Shown: piece after piece, positions 8,400 to 18,040 of the stretch
Position numbering within the stretch: position 1 is the first letter of the stretch
Layout: each line of letters opens with the position of its first letter
Virus record (IMG/VR): IMGVR_UViG_3300014205_009245
From: an uncultured virus (IMG/VR IMGVR_UViG_3300014205_009245)
Taxonomy: Duplodnaviria > Heunggongvirae > Uroviricota > Caudoviricetes
Length of the DNA: 46,383 bases
Strand: one strand, 5' to 3'
Notes under the pieces: generated by a model
Database searches by the model: none
What the model was told of the DNA's origin: nothing
Seen by the model: only the letters and a program-made list of their open reading frames with translations
Position numbers and translations under genes: made by a program

Positions 8400-10309
8400 T
8401 AATCAACATCAATTTCCGACAAGAACTCGCTTGGTCGGCATCTCATCATACTGTTCTTTTGGGCGTTTTTATTAAATACACTTCTACATGTGCAGTAATT
8501 TATAGATAAAATACGACGTGCCCTCGTCATTCCCACATATAGGAGTCTTCTTTCTTCATCTGGACCACGTTCCTGAAGAGCCATTTTATGAGGTATTATT
8601 CCGGATTCTGCACCAATGATGAATACAACCGGGAATTCTAATCCTTTTGCGGAGTGCATAGTCAGCATAGTGACTGCATCCTCATCAGATTCACTACCAA
8701 AATCGTTTAGTATTTGTATACTTTGTAAGTAATCTCCCAATTTAGCATTTGGCTTTTGCTTTTCGAATTCACATACACCTTTCAAAAACTCATCTAAATT
8801 TTCTATTCGTTTTGATTCCAGGGCATCATTTAGGCTTGCCTTTTGGATATCGCCATAATATCCTGTATCTGACAAAAATCCGGTCGTAATCTCAGACATA
8901 CCCATATCTGGCATTTTATCTCGGTAGTATTTTACAAAATGATTAAAATCGTTCAAATTTTTAAGAGCAGACGCACCAAGTTTAATTTCACTGGCACGAT
9001 TACAGGATTCAATCATGTCAACCTTATCTTTGTGACATATTCTTTCTAGCTTGCCAATTGCCACATCCCCGATCCCACGGCGGGGCGAAGAAATGGCCCT
9101 TGCAAATGCCACAGTATCATGCGGGTTAGATAAGTACGACAGATACGACATTGCGGTTTTTATTTCTTTTCGGTCAAAAAATGAGAATCCACCTACTATT
9201 TTATATGGGATGCCCGCACTTCTCAAAAACATTTCCGGAGTTTTACTAAAACTGTTCACTCTATATAATATCGCAAAATCACTCCAATTAAATTTATATT
9301 GTTCTCTCAACATCTTTATGTTTTGTATAACATATTTAATTTCATCCTCTGGAAAGGTATGGCTATTAATATTAACTTTATGTCCCTCATCTTTATCTGA
9401 AATTAGTTCGACCGACTCGGCACCTGGATTATTCCTAATTAGAGACTGAGCAGCTCTTAAAATGCGCTTAGTGGATCTGTAGTTTCTCGGCAAGATTATT
9501 TCCAATACATTTTTAAAGTCCTTTTTGAACAAATTAATGTTTTCTGGCTTTGCTCCCCTCCAAGAAAAAATTGCCTGGCAGAAATCTCCGACACAAAATA
9601 TATTTCCAGCGCCTTCAGATTTAGGATCAGCAATTATCTTGACGATCTCATATTGAATTGTATTAGTATCCTGCATCTCATCGATCATTATAAATTGGAA
9701 CTTAGAGTGTAATCTTTCCACTACATCTAAGTTCTTCGATAGCAGTGTCCATGTTTTATATAATATTCCACTAAAATCTACAGCATTAAATTCATCTAAA
9801 AGATGCAAATATTCTTTTAGTATCCCTTTTTCAATAATAGATAGGGGTTCTACATATTTATCAAAATCTTCTATATCTTCTCGGAAGTCATTTGATATTT
9901 TGGCTAACTGCTTAATTTGGTATGGCTGGCAGGTATACTCATGCATACGAGCAACTTTGGTCATTAACTCTATTTGGTCGTTCTCCGAATAGACCGAGAA
10001 TGATGGTGTCAGATTAACACGATCTGCATATTTACGCAAAACAGCTAAGCACAGAGAGTGAAATGTACTAATCCATATCTTTTCCGATAGTCGGCCGACA
10101 GTATCCGCAACTCTTGACTTCATCTCGTTGGCGGCTTTGTTGGTAAAAGTCAAACACAACAGATGTCCCGGGTTAATGTTTTTGTTTTTAACAAGCTCAA
10201 TAACCCTGGATGTCAGAGTGGCCGTTTTGCCGCTTCCAGGGACCGCTGTTACCAAACATGGCCCGTAAAAATGGTCCACTGCACTTTGTTGTTCGGGATT
10301 TAAATCCAC
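8399..10309 (-). CDS. uvrD: UvrD/PcrA-family SF1 helicase
   Basis: LNPEQ, PGSGKT, TFTNKAA, STFHS, IDEMQDTN, NYRST, TMHSAKGLEF and EERRLLYVGMTRA motifs. Confidence 0.95.
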   Translation of the reverse strand: MDLNPEQQSAVDHFYGPCLVTAVPGSGKTATLTSRVIELVKNKNINPGHLLCLTFTNKAANEMKSRVADTVGRLSEKIWISTFHSLCLAVLRKYADRVNLTPSFSVYSENDQIELMTKVARMHEYTCQPYQIKQLAKISNDFREDIEDFDKYVEPLSIIEKGILKEYLHLLDEFNAVDFSGILYKTWTLLSKNLDVVERLHSKFQFIMIDEMQDTNTIQYEIVKIIADPKSEGAGNIFCVGDFCQAIFSWRGAKPENINLFKKDFKNVLEIILPRNYRSTKRILRAAQSLIRNNPGAESVELISDKDEGHKVNINSHTFPEDEIKYVIQNIKMLREQYKFNWSDFAILYRVNSFSKTPEMFLRSAGIPYKIVGGFSFFDRKEIKTAMSYLSYLSNPHDTVAFARAISSPRRGIGDVAIGKLERICHKDKVDMIESCNRASEIKLGASALKNLNDFNHFVKYYRDKMPDMGMSEITTGFLSDTGYYGDIQKASLNDALESKRIENLDEFLKGVCEFEKQKPNAKLGDYLQSIQILNDFGSESDEDAVTMLTMHSAKGLEFPVVFIIGAESGIIPHKMALQERGPDEERRLLYVGMTRARRILSINYCTCRSVFNKNAQKNSMMRCRPSEFLSEIDVD

Positions 10310-10570
10310 TTATTTCCCCTGACACTTAGAACACGGATATTCCCTGGCAGATGTGAGAAGCTGAACTTTTTCAATGCCGGTTCCATTGCACTGTGAACAA
10401 ACAGCTGCTGTTTCCATTGCCGGAGCGAAAACAAAACCTGGCTCAAATCCCCAAGTGCTAAGATAAGAATCAGAAGATATGTATCCTATATAATATAACT
10501 TATCAAACAACTCTTGTGCTTCAGCCATTAATAGCCCGTCCGTTGGGCACTTGATTTTAATTTTGTTCAT
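10310..10570 (-). CDS. Small protein with DnaJ-type zinc finger
   Basis: CSQCNGTG...CSKCQGK. Confidence 0.6.
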   Translation of the reverse strand: MNKIKIKCPTDGLLMAEAQELFDKLYYIGYISSDSYLSTWGFEPGFVFAPAMETAAVCSQCNGTGIEKVQLLTSAREYPCSKCQGK

Positions 10571-10832
10571 TTCTTCTCTCCTTTAATTCGTCTATTTTTG
10601 CGTTGATAAATCTAGTGGAATACGTCCCAGCTGGAAACGGATATGCAACGTTTCCACCATCATCAACAATTTGGATAACAGGTAGGTCGGTTATTCTCCA
10701 TTCATCTAATTGTTTCTTGTTCGCAGGGTCGTCAGAATCATAAACCTGATATTTAAATCCCTGTTTATCTAGTCGAGAAAGATACCCCTTACATTTTGAG
10801 CAATTCTTCGAGCTTATAATACGGACTATCAT
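10557..10832 (-). CDS. Glutaredoxin/thioredoxin-fold protein
   Basis: N-terminal CSKC, later LPVIQI cis-Pro motif; 91 aa. Confidence 0.75.
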   Translation of the reverse strand: MIVRIISSKNCSKCKGYLSRLDKQGFKYQVYDSDDPANKKQLDEWRITDLPVIQIVDDGGNVAYPFPAGTYSTRFINAKIDELKERRNEQN

Positions 10833-10835
10833 ATA

Positions 10836-11018
10836 TTATTCAAAAGTTTGATCTTTAATATTAAGAAATCGAAAAATTTTCTCAATTAACTCGGAAGAAA
10901 CAAAACATTTGCCCTTCTCATCTTCATAATCTGCACGAGCATCTTCCAAAACGCATCTCAATAGATCCTCTAATTCGTTGCATCTCTCAATCAAAGCATC
11001 GTCATCTTGGCTTATCAT
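10836..11018 (-). CDS. Hypothetical protein
   Basis: Tiles with neighbours (ATGA overlap). Confidence 0.55.
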   Translation of the reverse strand: MISQDDDALIERCNELEDLLRCVLEDARADYEDEKGKCFVSSELIEKIFRFLNIKDQTFE

Positions 11019-11461
11019 ATATTACCCAACTTAGCTCTAATAGCTATCTCTTTACCCAAAAGAGTCCCTGCATCTAATTTTAGTTTGCCGGCATCCATAA
11101 GTCTACCCAATTTCCGCTGAATTTGGCCTTCCTCGCTAGATAACCCCTCCTGCACATCTTTCATTTCTTGCGCAATTCTGCTGTTGAATGTCGCCGCATA
11201 CTCTTGTTGTTTCTCGGGAGTAAGAGATTCCAGTTCAGGATCATTTTCAACTACTAAATTAAATCGCTTTCCTTTAAAAAGGGATGCGGTCTTGTGCATC
11301 TCATTGTCAGGCACTGGATTCCCATGATAATGAAAATCATCCCTGCAAAAATAAACAATTCTCCGAATATTCTGGTGCTCAAACAGGCAGTCCAATACGA
11401 GCATACCATTGTCTGGATCAAATTTCGACTGAAGACATTTTACTAGATACGGCTCACTCAT
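11015..11461 (-). CDS. Hypothetical protein
   Basis: 148-aa ORF tiling with neighbours. Confidence 0.7.
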   Translation of the reverse strand: MSEPYLVKCLQSKFDPDNGMLVLDCLFEHQNIRRIVYFCRDDFHYHGNPVPDNEMHKTASLFKGKRFNLVVENDPELESLTPEKQQEYAATFNSRIAQEMKDVQEGLSSEEGQIQRKLGRLMDAGKLKLDAGTLLGKEIAIRAKLGNI

Positions 11462-12236
11462 TGTTCAGCATCCCGACTAAAATATTAGCAAATTTATCTA
11501 TATCATCGTCGCTTGGCATAGACATTTTAAATTGAGTTAATTTATTCAGAGACTCATTTTCAAAAAATTCTAGCATAATATGGTCGTGGAATGTTCTGTA
11601 AGAACCCTTGGGACCATCGTGCTCTAATATGGTCTTAGGATTAACTCCTATTCTGGCCTCACATTTCGCAGCGTGGATAAACCATTTATTCTCATTTTGT
11701 ATTGATATACAATCATCTTCACCTTTGCATTTTACTAAATTACATTGAACTAATTTAGCCCTAAATTCTTCAGACATATTTTCGACATCATATTGCTTCT
11801 TTATAGACTCCGACCTTTTGTTCCAGCTCTCTTCGGATATAACACCGTAAAACCTACATTGCAAAGGTCTAGATTTGTAGACCAAACATTTTGAATCGTA
11901 AAAAATACATCCTTTGCTGTCATTATTACTTAAATAGTTTTTAATCGCACGCAAAATTATCTGGAGTCGTTTTTCTTTGCTCCATTTTTGGACTTCTTTC
12001 CAAACATTTAAAAATTCAACGTAGTACATACTGGGATTAATATGAAGGCAACACCAATCCTTTTCTGAATGACAAGATAGACAATTTTCACACCCTTCCG
12101 TTGCCGGGAGTGATTCGTACAAAATATTAAGGGATACAACAGGCGCACCTATATTATCGTCGGTTGTAGGTATGCCATATGGATTCTTGCTGGGGGTATC
12201 TTTTTTCTCTCCACCAAAAATATGGACGTTACTCAT
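11454..12236 (-). CDS. YkgJ/CxxCxxCC Fe-S cluster protein
   Basis: CENC..C....WCC and CIFYD.KCLVY.SRPLQCRFYG motifs. Confidence 0.75.
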   Translation of the reverse strand: MSNVHIFGGEKKDTPSKNPYGIPTTDDNIGAPVVSLNILYESLPATEGCENCLSCHSEKDWCCLHINPSMYYVEFLNVWKEVQKWSKEKRLQIILRAIKNYLSNNDSKGCIFYDSKCLVYKSRPLQCRFYGVISEESWNKRSESIKKQYDVENMSEEFRAKLVQCNLVKCKGEDDCISIQNENKWFIHAAKCEARIGVNPKTILEHDGPKGSYRTFHDHIMLEFFENESLNKLTQFKMSMPSDDDIDKFANILVGMLNNE

Positions 12237-12829
12237 AGTTCAGACTCGTTGAATTCTACCGCATCAACCGCAGCCTTGTTTTTTGGTTTTACTGATAACT
12301 TAGGTTGCGGCTTCGCATCTTCTTTTTCAAATGATATGCTAATACTTTCACTTTCTGGGATTTCCGCCACACCAGGAACTGTAACACCAGACTCGATATA
12401 TGTTTCAGCTAATTTCTTTGCAATTCGAACATCTAACACTTCTTTGACTTTGACAATCGAGCCCTTTTCTCCTCGGCTATCAAAAAATGCGATTAAATCA
12501 TTTTCATTTTCAATAGACCATCCAGCGCCAACTTTTCTTCTACTGACTTTGCCAACATCTGGGAATTGAAGAGTTTTTTCATTGGCCTTTTGCATTGTTC
12601 GCAAAATAATATTTCTAAAATAGTCCACGTCGGACTCAATCGTATGAATTTGCTGATCAATCGTCTGTGCTCGGTATTTCTTGAGCCCCTTTAAGTGCTC
12701 AAGCCTCTTCCCAAGTTCCTCCAAATGTAGCATTACATTCTCGATTTCAAATACGGAACTTAAAACATAATCAACGGGCAAATCCGGCTGCAAAAATTCT
12801 GGTATTTTATCCATATATTCCATCATCAC
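12233..12829 (-). CDS. Mu Gam/Gp157-like DNA end-protection protein
   Basis: Coiled-coil followed by KTL.FP.VGKVSRRK, VKVKE.LD and VPGV pattern. Confidence 0.55.
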   Translation of the reverse strand: MMMEYMDKIPEFLQPDLPVDYVLSSVFEIENVMLHLEELGKRLEHLKGLKKYRAQTIDQQIHTIESDVDYFRNIILRTMQKANEKTLQFPDVGKVSRRKVGAGWSIENENDLIAFFDSRGEKGSIVKVKEVLDVRIAKKLAETYIESGVTVPGVAEIPESESISISFEKEDAKPQPKLSVKPKNKAAVDAVEFNESEL

Positions 12830-13341
12830 TCTCCTGTTATATTAGTTACAGCGCGTTTACGTCGAGCAAGTTCATCCTCTAGATTATTAGTGGGAATATT
12901 AGATAGGTCCGTTTCTTTCCAGTCCTTCCAATCTTTAACTGTATAGCAAGTAGCACTCACTGAATCAACATGCCCTTCTTTTCGGAGTCTTCCGAGATTC
13001 CCTGTAGACTCGGATGATGTCCAACATAACTCTATGCCCCTAGAAACGCAATATCCAGTTGCCAATGTCAGTGCTTTTACAGCATTGTCGTTCGCAAATG
13101 GTCCGACAGCCCGAATTGTCGCATAACCATGATTTGTCATTGCCATAAAAATGGCTGACGCAAGTTTTTTAACATGCTTTCTGCGCATTTCCTGTCGCTC
13201 ATCGTCGTTGCTGGCATCAAATCGACCCTTGGCCACCAAAAAACCTGGATCAGATTTGTGGTCCCTAAAAGACTCAAAATTTTTCTGAATTTCCTCGTTT
13301 TCATTCACTATATCTGGCATACTTTGTTCTTCGGTTTTCAT
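12826..13341 (-). CDS. SpoVS-family (Alba-like) protein
   Basis: KLASAI...GYATIRAVG..A..NAVKALTLA.GY matches the SpoVS core. ATG 13341 behind AGGAG. Confidence 0.7.
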   Translation of the reverse strand: MKTEEQSMPDIVNENEEIQKNFESFRDHKSDPGFLVAKGRFDASNDDERQEMRRKHVKKLASAIFMAMTNHGYATIRAVGPFANDNAVKALTLATGYCVSRGIELCWTSSESTGNLGRLRKEGHVDSVSATCYTVKDWKDWKETDLSNIPTNNLEDELARRKRAVTNITGE

Positions 13342-13355
13342 AAATTTCTCCTCTG

Positions 13356-14462
13356 TTATATTATACAACAAGATTCAATCAGCATTTGCTTCATTTCATC
13401 GAGGCTTTTTGCGGTTTTCATTGAATCCTTAATTGATTTTTTGTCGATATTTAAAGTGTCAGCTATGTCATCTACAGTATAACCAATTGCAAGTAGCTTG
13501 AATATATCTCTGTCAGATTCATCTACATATCTATCAATAATTTTAAACACATGGTCGTATTTTGTATTACTTACTCCATTCCTAATCATTTGCCAGTCCA
13601 TATAGGAATTCCCTTGATCTACCCTTAAATCTGTAGACACATAGTCAGCAAGAGATATATCATTAGACGATGATAAATGGTCTAAACTATATATATCTGC
13701 GTGAAGTAAAGTTCCAGGATACTTTTCAATAAATGATGACCATTCTATGTGTTCTGAATATCGGTTATATTCATTTGGCAAAGATTGAATATACTCATCA
13801 TCAATTTGTTTGACCATCTTGCGAGTAAACGGACATATGACCCGCGGGTCACCATTGGAATCATGCCAAGGCCACAATACCTTGTGTTTGTCATTTAAAT
13901 AAGGTTTCGAAATGCCTTTATTCAGATTCCTCATTTTGGTTATGGCATAATCGCCCCAGCATGTTATGACATTTTTAGGGATCGGGCATACCTCGTATAT
14001 TTTATTTTTCCATGTTACAAATTTAGGTAAATCGCCAATTGTTTTGTAGTGCTTTAAATGATCCTCAGTGATATTTGTCACCATTCGACCGCAAATTGGG
14101 CATGAAACAGATGGCCTTTTTTTCATACGATACGATGATGTAATTATATTGTTGCTCCAATTTGAAAGACATGAGTAAAACCATCCGTTAAACGCGGCCA
14201 AAGAACCATATCCCTTTTTATCTGCAATAAGTTTGGCTTTTGACATACTAAAGCTGTCAACCGCTTTTACAAGACGATAATCATAATCAGAATCAAAAGA
14301 AACCCGATCAATATGGTCTTTAATTTTGTTATACCACTTGTCTTTATACCTCTCATAATACAACTGTATGGGCAAATAATCCCTGTTATCATGGGTCTTT
14401 TGGTATTTTACAACCTGTTGAGTTACAGGAACTCCATTCATACAATAGTGCATTCTGGACAT
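13356..14462 (-). CDS. Sigma-70-like factor (region 2 + region 4) with large zinc-finger insertion
   Basis: LVKAVDSF...FNGWFYSCLSN (region 2-like), C-terminal DRDIFKLLAIGYTVDDIADTLNI HTH, internal CPICG..HLKH. ATG 14462 behind GGAG. Confidence 0.5.
   Translation of the reverse strand: MSRMHYCMNGVPVTQQVVKYQKTHDNRDYLPIQLYYERYKDKWYNKIKDHIDRVSFDSDYDYRLVKAVDSFSMSKAKLIADKKGYGSLAAFNGWFYSCLSNWSNNIITSSYRMKKRPSVSCPICGRMVTNITEDHLKHYKTIGDLPKFVTWKNKIYEVCPIPKNVITCWGDYAITKMRNLNKGISKPYLNDKHKVLWPWHDSNGDPRVICPFTRKMVKQIDDEYIQSLPNEYNRYSEHIEWSSFIEKYPGTLLHADIYSLDHLSSSNDISLADYVSTDLRVDQGNSYMDWQMIRNGVSNTKYDHVFKIIDRYVDESDRDIFKLLAIGYTVDDIADTLNIDKKSIKDSMKTAKSLDEMKQMLIESCCII
13360..13368 (-). promoter_or_regulatory. Candidate -10 element (TTGTATAAT) upstream of the SpoVS-like gene
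   Basis: TGTTGTATAATA is identical to the motif at 19638-19649 and lies just upstream of the AGGAG RBS. Confidence 0.45.
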
Positions 14463-14476
14463 ATAAATTCTCCATA

Positions 14477-15394
14477 TCATTTCCAGCAATGTCCTCGATA
14501 TTTGCATCGAAGGCATTTTTTATGGCTTTTTTCTCGGTATCCTCTATCGGGAAGTGCTCTTTTCCCAGATGATTTCATGTTCAATACGACATATTTTAAC
14601 TCCTTGGCTTCGTTTATTTTAACTTGCAGAAGATTATCATCTCTCTCTACAAGAAACTCTTTTACTGACTGATTCGATTTATCTTCATATATGAATTTTG
14701 AGTATTTCAGCCCAGACAAATACATGTATATTTGTATTTGGGTTATATGTTCACTTTTTGGCTTATCTAGCTTTTTAAAATCAAATGGATTCATCGATTT
14801 ATAATCAAGAATTGCTATACTATCATCTTCATCTGGGTATTGGAAAACATTAACTGCAATCATCTCGTCTGCAATCTCGTCTGCAATCTCGTCTGAATTC
14901 TGCGGATTCAGTCGCCCGACTATGGCCTCATTCCACTTACGAACATCTACAATGGCATCGACGTGCCCTCCCCACATTGTTTCTTCGTCAAAAAATCCTA
15001 CCTCTTGATATTTAAATTCCGGACTATCGCATGTAGTACATTTCTGGGGCCTAGGAATGCCCAATTTGCTATTAGTGCCATATACCAAACCACATAAAGG
15101 ATTGGCGCATAACCACCTACCATATACAGCCTGCGGAGCAGCACAAGACAAATACTGTTGCCAACGAGCATGAACAAAATGCCCATTATCAAAAATACGC
15201 TCCAATTGCGGACTTACTTTTATGGCATTATCTTGGACACTAATATATCCTTTTGCTTCGTAAAACTGATAAGCAATTTTGCGTTTACAATCATCCCAGG
15301 AAGACGGATGAAAATGAGAATTATCACGAGGATTGTTTTTTGCTTTCTCAGTGAGGTATTTTTCGACACCCTTCAATAAACTAATTTTCGGCAT
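14477..15394 (-). CDS. Cas4-like PD-(D/E)XK exonuclease
   Basis: HPS...C, GHFVH, GHVD, LDYKS, QIQIY and C-terminal CLRCKYRGHC (split 4-Cys Fe-S motif). Confidence 0.8.
   Translation of the reverse strand: MPKISLLKGVEKYLTEKAKNNPRDNSHFHPSSWDDCKRKIAYQFYEAKGYISVQDNAIKVSPQLERIFDNGHFVHARWQQYLSCAAPQAVYGRWLCANPLCGLVYGTNSKLGIPRPQKCTTCDSPEFKYQEVGFFDEETMWGGHVDAIVDVRKWNEAIVGRLNPQNSDEIADEIADEMIAVNVFQYPDEDDSIAILDYKSMNPFDFKKLDKPKSEHITQIQIYMYLSGLKYSKFIYEDKSNQSVKEFLVERDDNLLQVKINEAKELKYVVLNMKSSGKRALPDRGYREKSHKKCLRCKYRGHCWK
14862..14895. repeat. 12-bp tandem repeat (~3x) encoding DEIA DEIA DE
   Basis: atctcgtctgca repeated in frame. Confidence 0.8.
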
Positions 15395-16079
15395 TGTACC
15401 TTAACTCTTTAACTTTGTTATTAATTATTTTTTTCAAATCACGATCGCCAAATTCTTTAAGGAAGTCATCTGGGTCATATCCCTTGATTATCTCAGCAGA
15501 TATAATCTTGTATCCTCTCGGAACTAGGTGGGATATTATTTTTTCGGATGCCAATTGTCCGGCTTCATTTTCATCACAATCTAACAAAACGACGATTTCA
15601 TCACAATACCTGAGTATTACAGATAATTGTATATCAGAAAATTTGTTGGAACAAAGGCCAACCGTATTTCTAATTCCGTTCTTGTGCATTTGCATAACAT
15701 CAAATTGCCCTTCGCACAACACAGCTACGTTCCATTTCCGCATCCAATTTTTAGCTAAATTACACCCATATAGATAATAACTTTTTTCATAGCTTTCATG
15801 CCAATATACTGGCAGATCAGATGGTTCATCATTTATCATCCTTGACGCAAGAACGATCAAATTTCCACTTGGATCGTATAGTGGAATAACGATCCGCCCG
15901 GCTAATTGATGTTTTACATTTGATGGGATATATCCAAGTCCAAAAGATTGTATAGTCTCCAAATCCAATTTACGGTGCTCCGTAAGATACTCCATCCCCG
16001 GGGCACCTTCCTTTGTCAGTAGACAGTTTTGGGATTTCAATAGCAATTCTTCGCGGTGAGCTTCGCTAAACCGTTTCAT
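15381..16079 (-). CDS. DnaG primase catalytic core (TOPRIM), no zinc-binding domain
   Basis: FGLGY, RIVIPLYD..G, LCEGQFDV, LDCD..EAGQ.A and DPDDF motifs. Confidence 0.88.
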   Translation of the reverse strand: MKRFSEAHREELLLKSQNCLLTKEGAPGMEYLTEHRKLDLETIQSFGLGYIPSNVKHQLAGRIVIPLYDPSGNLIVLASRMINDEPSDLPVYWHESYEKSYYLYGCNLAKNWMRKWNVAVLCEGQFDVMQMHKNGIRNTVGLCSNKFSDIQLSVILRYCDEIVVLLDCDENEAGQLASEKIISHLVPRGYKIISAEIIKGYDPDDFLKEFGDRDLKKIINNKVKELRYNAEN

Positions 16080-17317
16080 AGATCGTCGTCGTGTTCGGAA
16101 ACCTCTGTTTCGTCTGGCTGTGGAACATCGCTTTTAATTGATATTTTTTCTCCAGTATCCACATACGTCCCAGCCAAATCTTGAACTGATTTTGGTATCT
16201 TAACCGGATTTTTAGACTTTTTACCTTCTGCTGCGGCGACGACACATACTGATGCTAATCGAGGTTCAAGACCATTGTCTCTAATTAGTTTAAGCATAGA
16301 ACCTTCGCCCTCTACCTGAAGAATTATATTGCGATTGTCATCTTTCCATGTTAAAATGCCATTACGAATCGTAATTACTTTCAACAATCTGGCTGCATCA
16401 TAGCACTTCTTTGCGTTATCCGGATCATAGTGCCGATAATAAATCGGAATCTCAATATTCACATCGGGAGGAACTGGAGGAGCCATCCGGTTCTTGATTA
16501 CAGATGCCCGAGCATAATGTCCAATTAATATTGACGACCCGTCCTCATCTGGTGCCCATATCTTACCAGCGTCACCACCCTTTTGTATTAATCCCACTCT
16601 TTGATGTGCGAAGAACTTGAGAGCACGTCCACCAGGGGAGTGAAATCTCGCCGCCATAGAATGCTTATTGTATTCTCCGATTTTGTCTCGGAGCTGATTA
16701 ATAAAAATAACAGTTGTAGACGTAGCTTTGCAGGCTTGGGCTATTTTACCCAAATGCCTTGACATGCTATTGGCTACTTCGCCTGGTTTTTGCTTATTGG
16801 GATCGGGATCCTTTATCGCCATATCTGGAAGTAATCCTGCAACCGAATCAAGAACAATAATTCCGAAAGCATTCGACACAACTGCCATATAAATCATATT
16901 CAACACTTCCGATGAATTAAAAAATGCGCCATCATCGGCTTTTTCGGTAGCAGTGGACATGCTCGGCATTAATAATTCTTCCGGTTTAACACCATTAATT
17001 ATGGCAAGGTCATTGCTAAATGATGCCTCAGCATCAAACCAAACACATTGGTTCCCTTCTTTTTGGGCCAACCCCACAGTTCGTAAAGCCACAGAAGATT
17101 TTCCAGCAGCCTCACCACCAATAAGCTCAACAATGGCACCCTTGGCAAACCCCATTGCACCCTTAGTGAGAACCTCATCAAGATCATCGCTTCCGGTTGG
17201 CCAGGCCTCTAGTTTTCGGTTGGGTATTCCTGTTTCAATGAATCCCTCTCCAAATTTTTGTACCAACTTTTTGAGAACTTCATCCCTAGCTTTTTTGGAC
17301 AGATTTCTGGTAGACAT
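16076..17317 (-). CDS. recA: RecA recombinase
   Basis: ELIGGEAAGKS, FDAE, VLDSVA, IFINQLRDKIG, PGGRALKF and KNRMAPP motifs. Confidence 0.93.
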   Translation of the reverse strand: MSTRNLSKKARDEVLKKLVQKFGEGFIETGIPNRKLEAWPTGSDDLDEVLTKGAMGFAKGAIVELIGGEAAGKSSVALRTVGLAQKEGNQCVWFDAEASFSNDLAIINGVKPEELLMPSMSTATEKADDGAFFNSSEVLNMIYMAVVSNAFGIIVLDSVAGLLPDMAIKDPDPNKQKPGEVANSMSRHLGKIAQACKATSTTVIFINQLRDKIGEYNKHSMAARFHSPGGRALKFFAHQRVGLIQKGGDAGKIWAPDEDGSSILIGHYARASVIKNRMAPPVPPDVNIEIPIYYRHYDPDNAKKCYDAARLLKVITIRNGILTWKDDNRNIILQVEGEGSMLKLIRDNGLEPRLASVCVVAAAEGKKSKNPVKIPKSVQDLAGTYVDTGEKISIKSDVPQPDETEVSEHDDDL

Positions 17318-17391
17318 ATCTTTCTCCTAAATATTCATAGTAACAGAGATGCCAACCATTTAAGACTGGCATCTCTGCACAGCAATCAGAA

Positions 17392-18027
17392 TCAGAAGTC
17401 AATCGGATCGTCGTCGATTCCGCCGACAGTTTTACCAGCATCTTTTGTTGAATTACTGGTGTTTTTCTCCCCAAATACAGTCTCAATTAAATCTTCCAAA
17501 GGAACAGACTTGTAAACCTCATCTAGAACCCATCCATTCGTTTTAAGAGCTTTAAAATCGGCTTCTTCTTTCTCGGTAATAGGAGAAAGTTTTACGAGCG
17601 AAGTTGTATATCTTCGGGCCTTTCCTTCGCCATCGGCTGTAATGGCCCAATCCCCACCAGCTCGATGTCCAAGATGTACTTTGTTGGCCACAACCCAATT
17701 CCGGAAATGCTTAAAGATAGATGACCCACCTTCAAGAATTTTAAGAACGCCATCGGCGCGGTCAATTACATTGGTTGCATACCGTGGCTGTGATGTGTAT
17801 TCTTGCCCAGTATGTTCGGTGAGCATAGCTGCGGCCTGTTCTCCATCGGCAGGGTTGACGCAAACTGACCTGGAACCTGACGGTGTTTTAACGAAGAACT
17901 TAACAAATTCTACGCCTTTGCCAATCGGGCGAAATACAACCAGTTTCCCACTAGCGAATTTGATGAATCGGACTTTGGACTTGGACTCTTTTCCTCCTAC
18001 GGAATTCCAATCAATTTCAGTAGCCAT
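17392..18027 (-). CDS. Phage single-stranded DNA-binding protein-like
   Basis: Adjacent to recA. RYATNVIDR..LKILE...DWAIT..G..RRY pattern; acidic aromatic tail DDDPIDF. Confidence 0.6.
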   Translation of the reverse strand: MATEIDWNSVGGKESKSKVRFIKFASGKLVVFRPIGKGVEFVKFFVKTPSGSRSVCVNPADGEQAAAMLTEHTGQEYTSQPRYATNVIDRADGVLKILEGGSSIFKHFRNWVVANKVHLGHRAGGDWAITADGEGKARRYTTSLVKLSPITEKEEADFKALKTNGWVLDEVYKSVPLEDLIETVFGEKNTSNSTKDAGKTVGGIDDDPIDF

Positions 18028-18040
18028 AATTTTTCTCCAT

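Noticed and set aside
14477..15394. CRISPR-associated cas4
   Set aside because: No cas1, cas2 or array nearby; solo Cas4-like nucleases are common in phage replication regions.
17286..17486. Short alternative-frame minus-strand ORFs (also 3480..3680, 7141..7374, 14998..15192, 16999..17187, 31385..31567)
   Set aside because: At 60-77 aa with no motif or clear RBS, they are within chance expectation, unlike the 306-aa nested nuclease.
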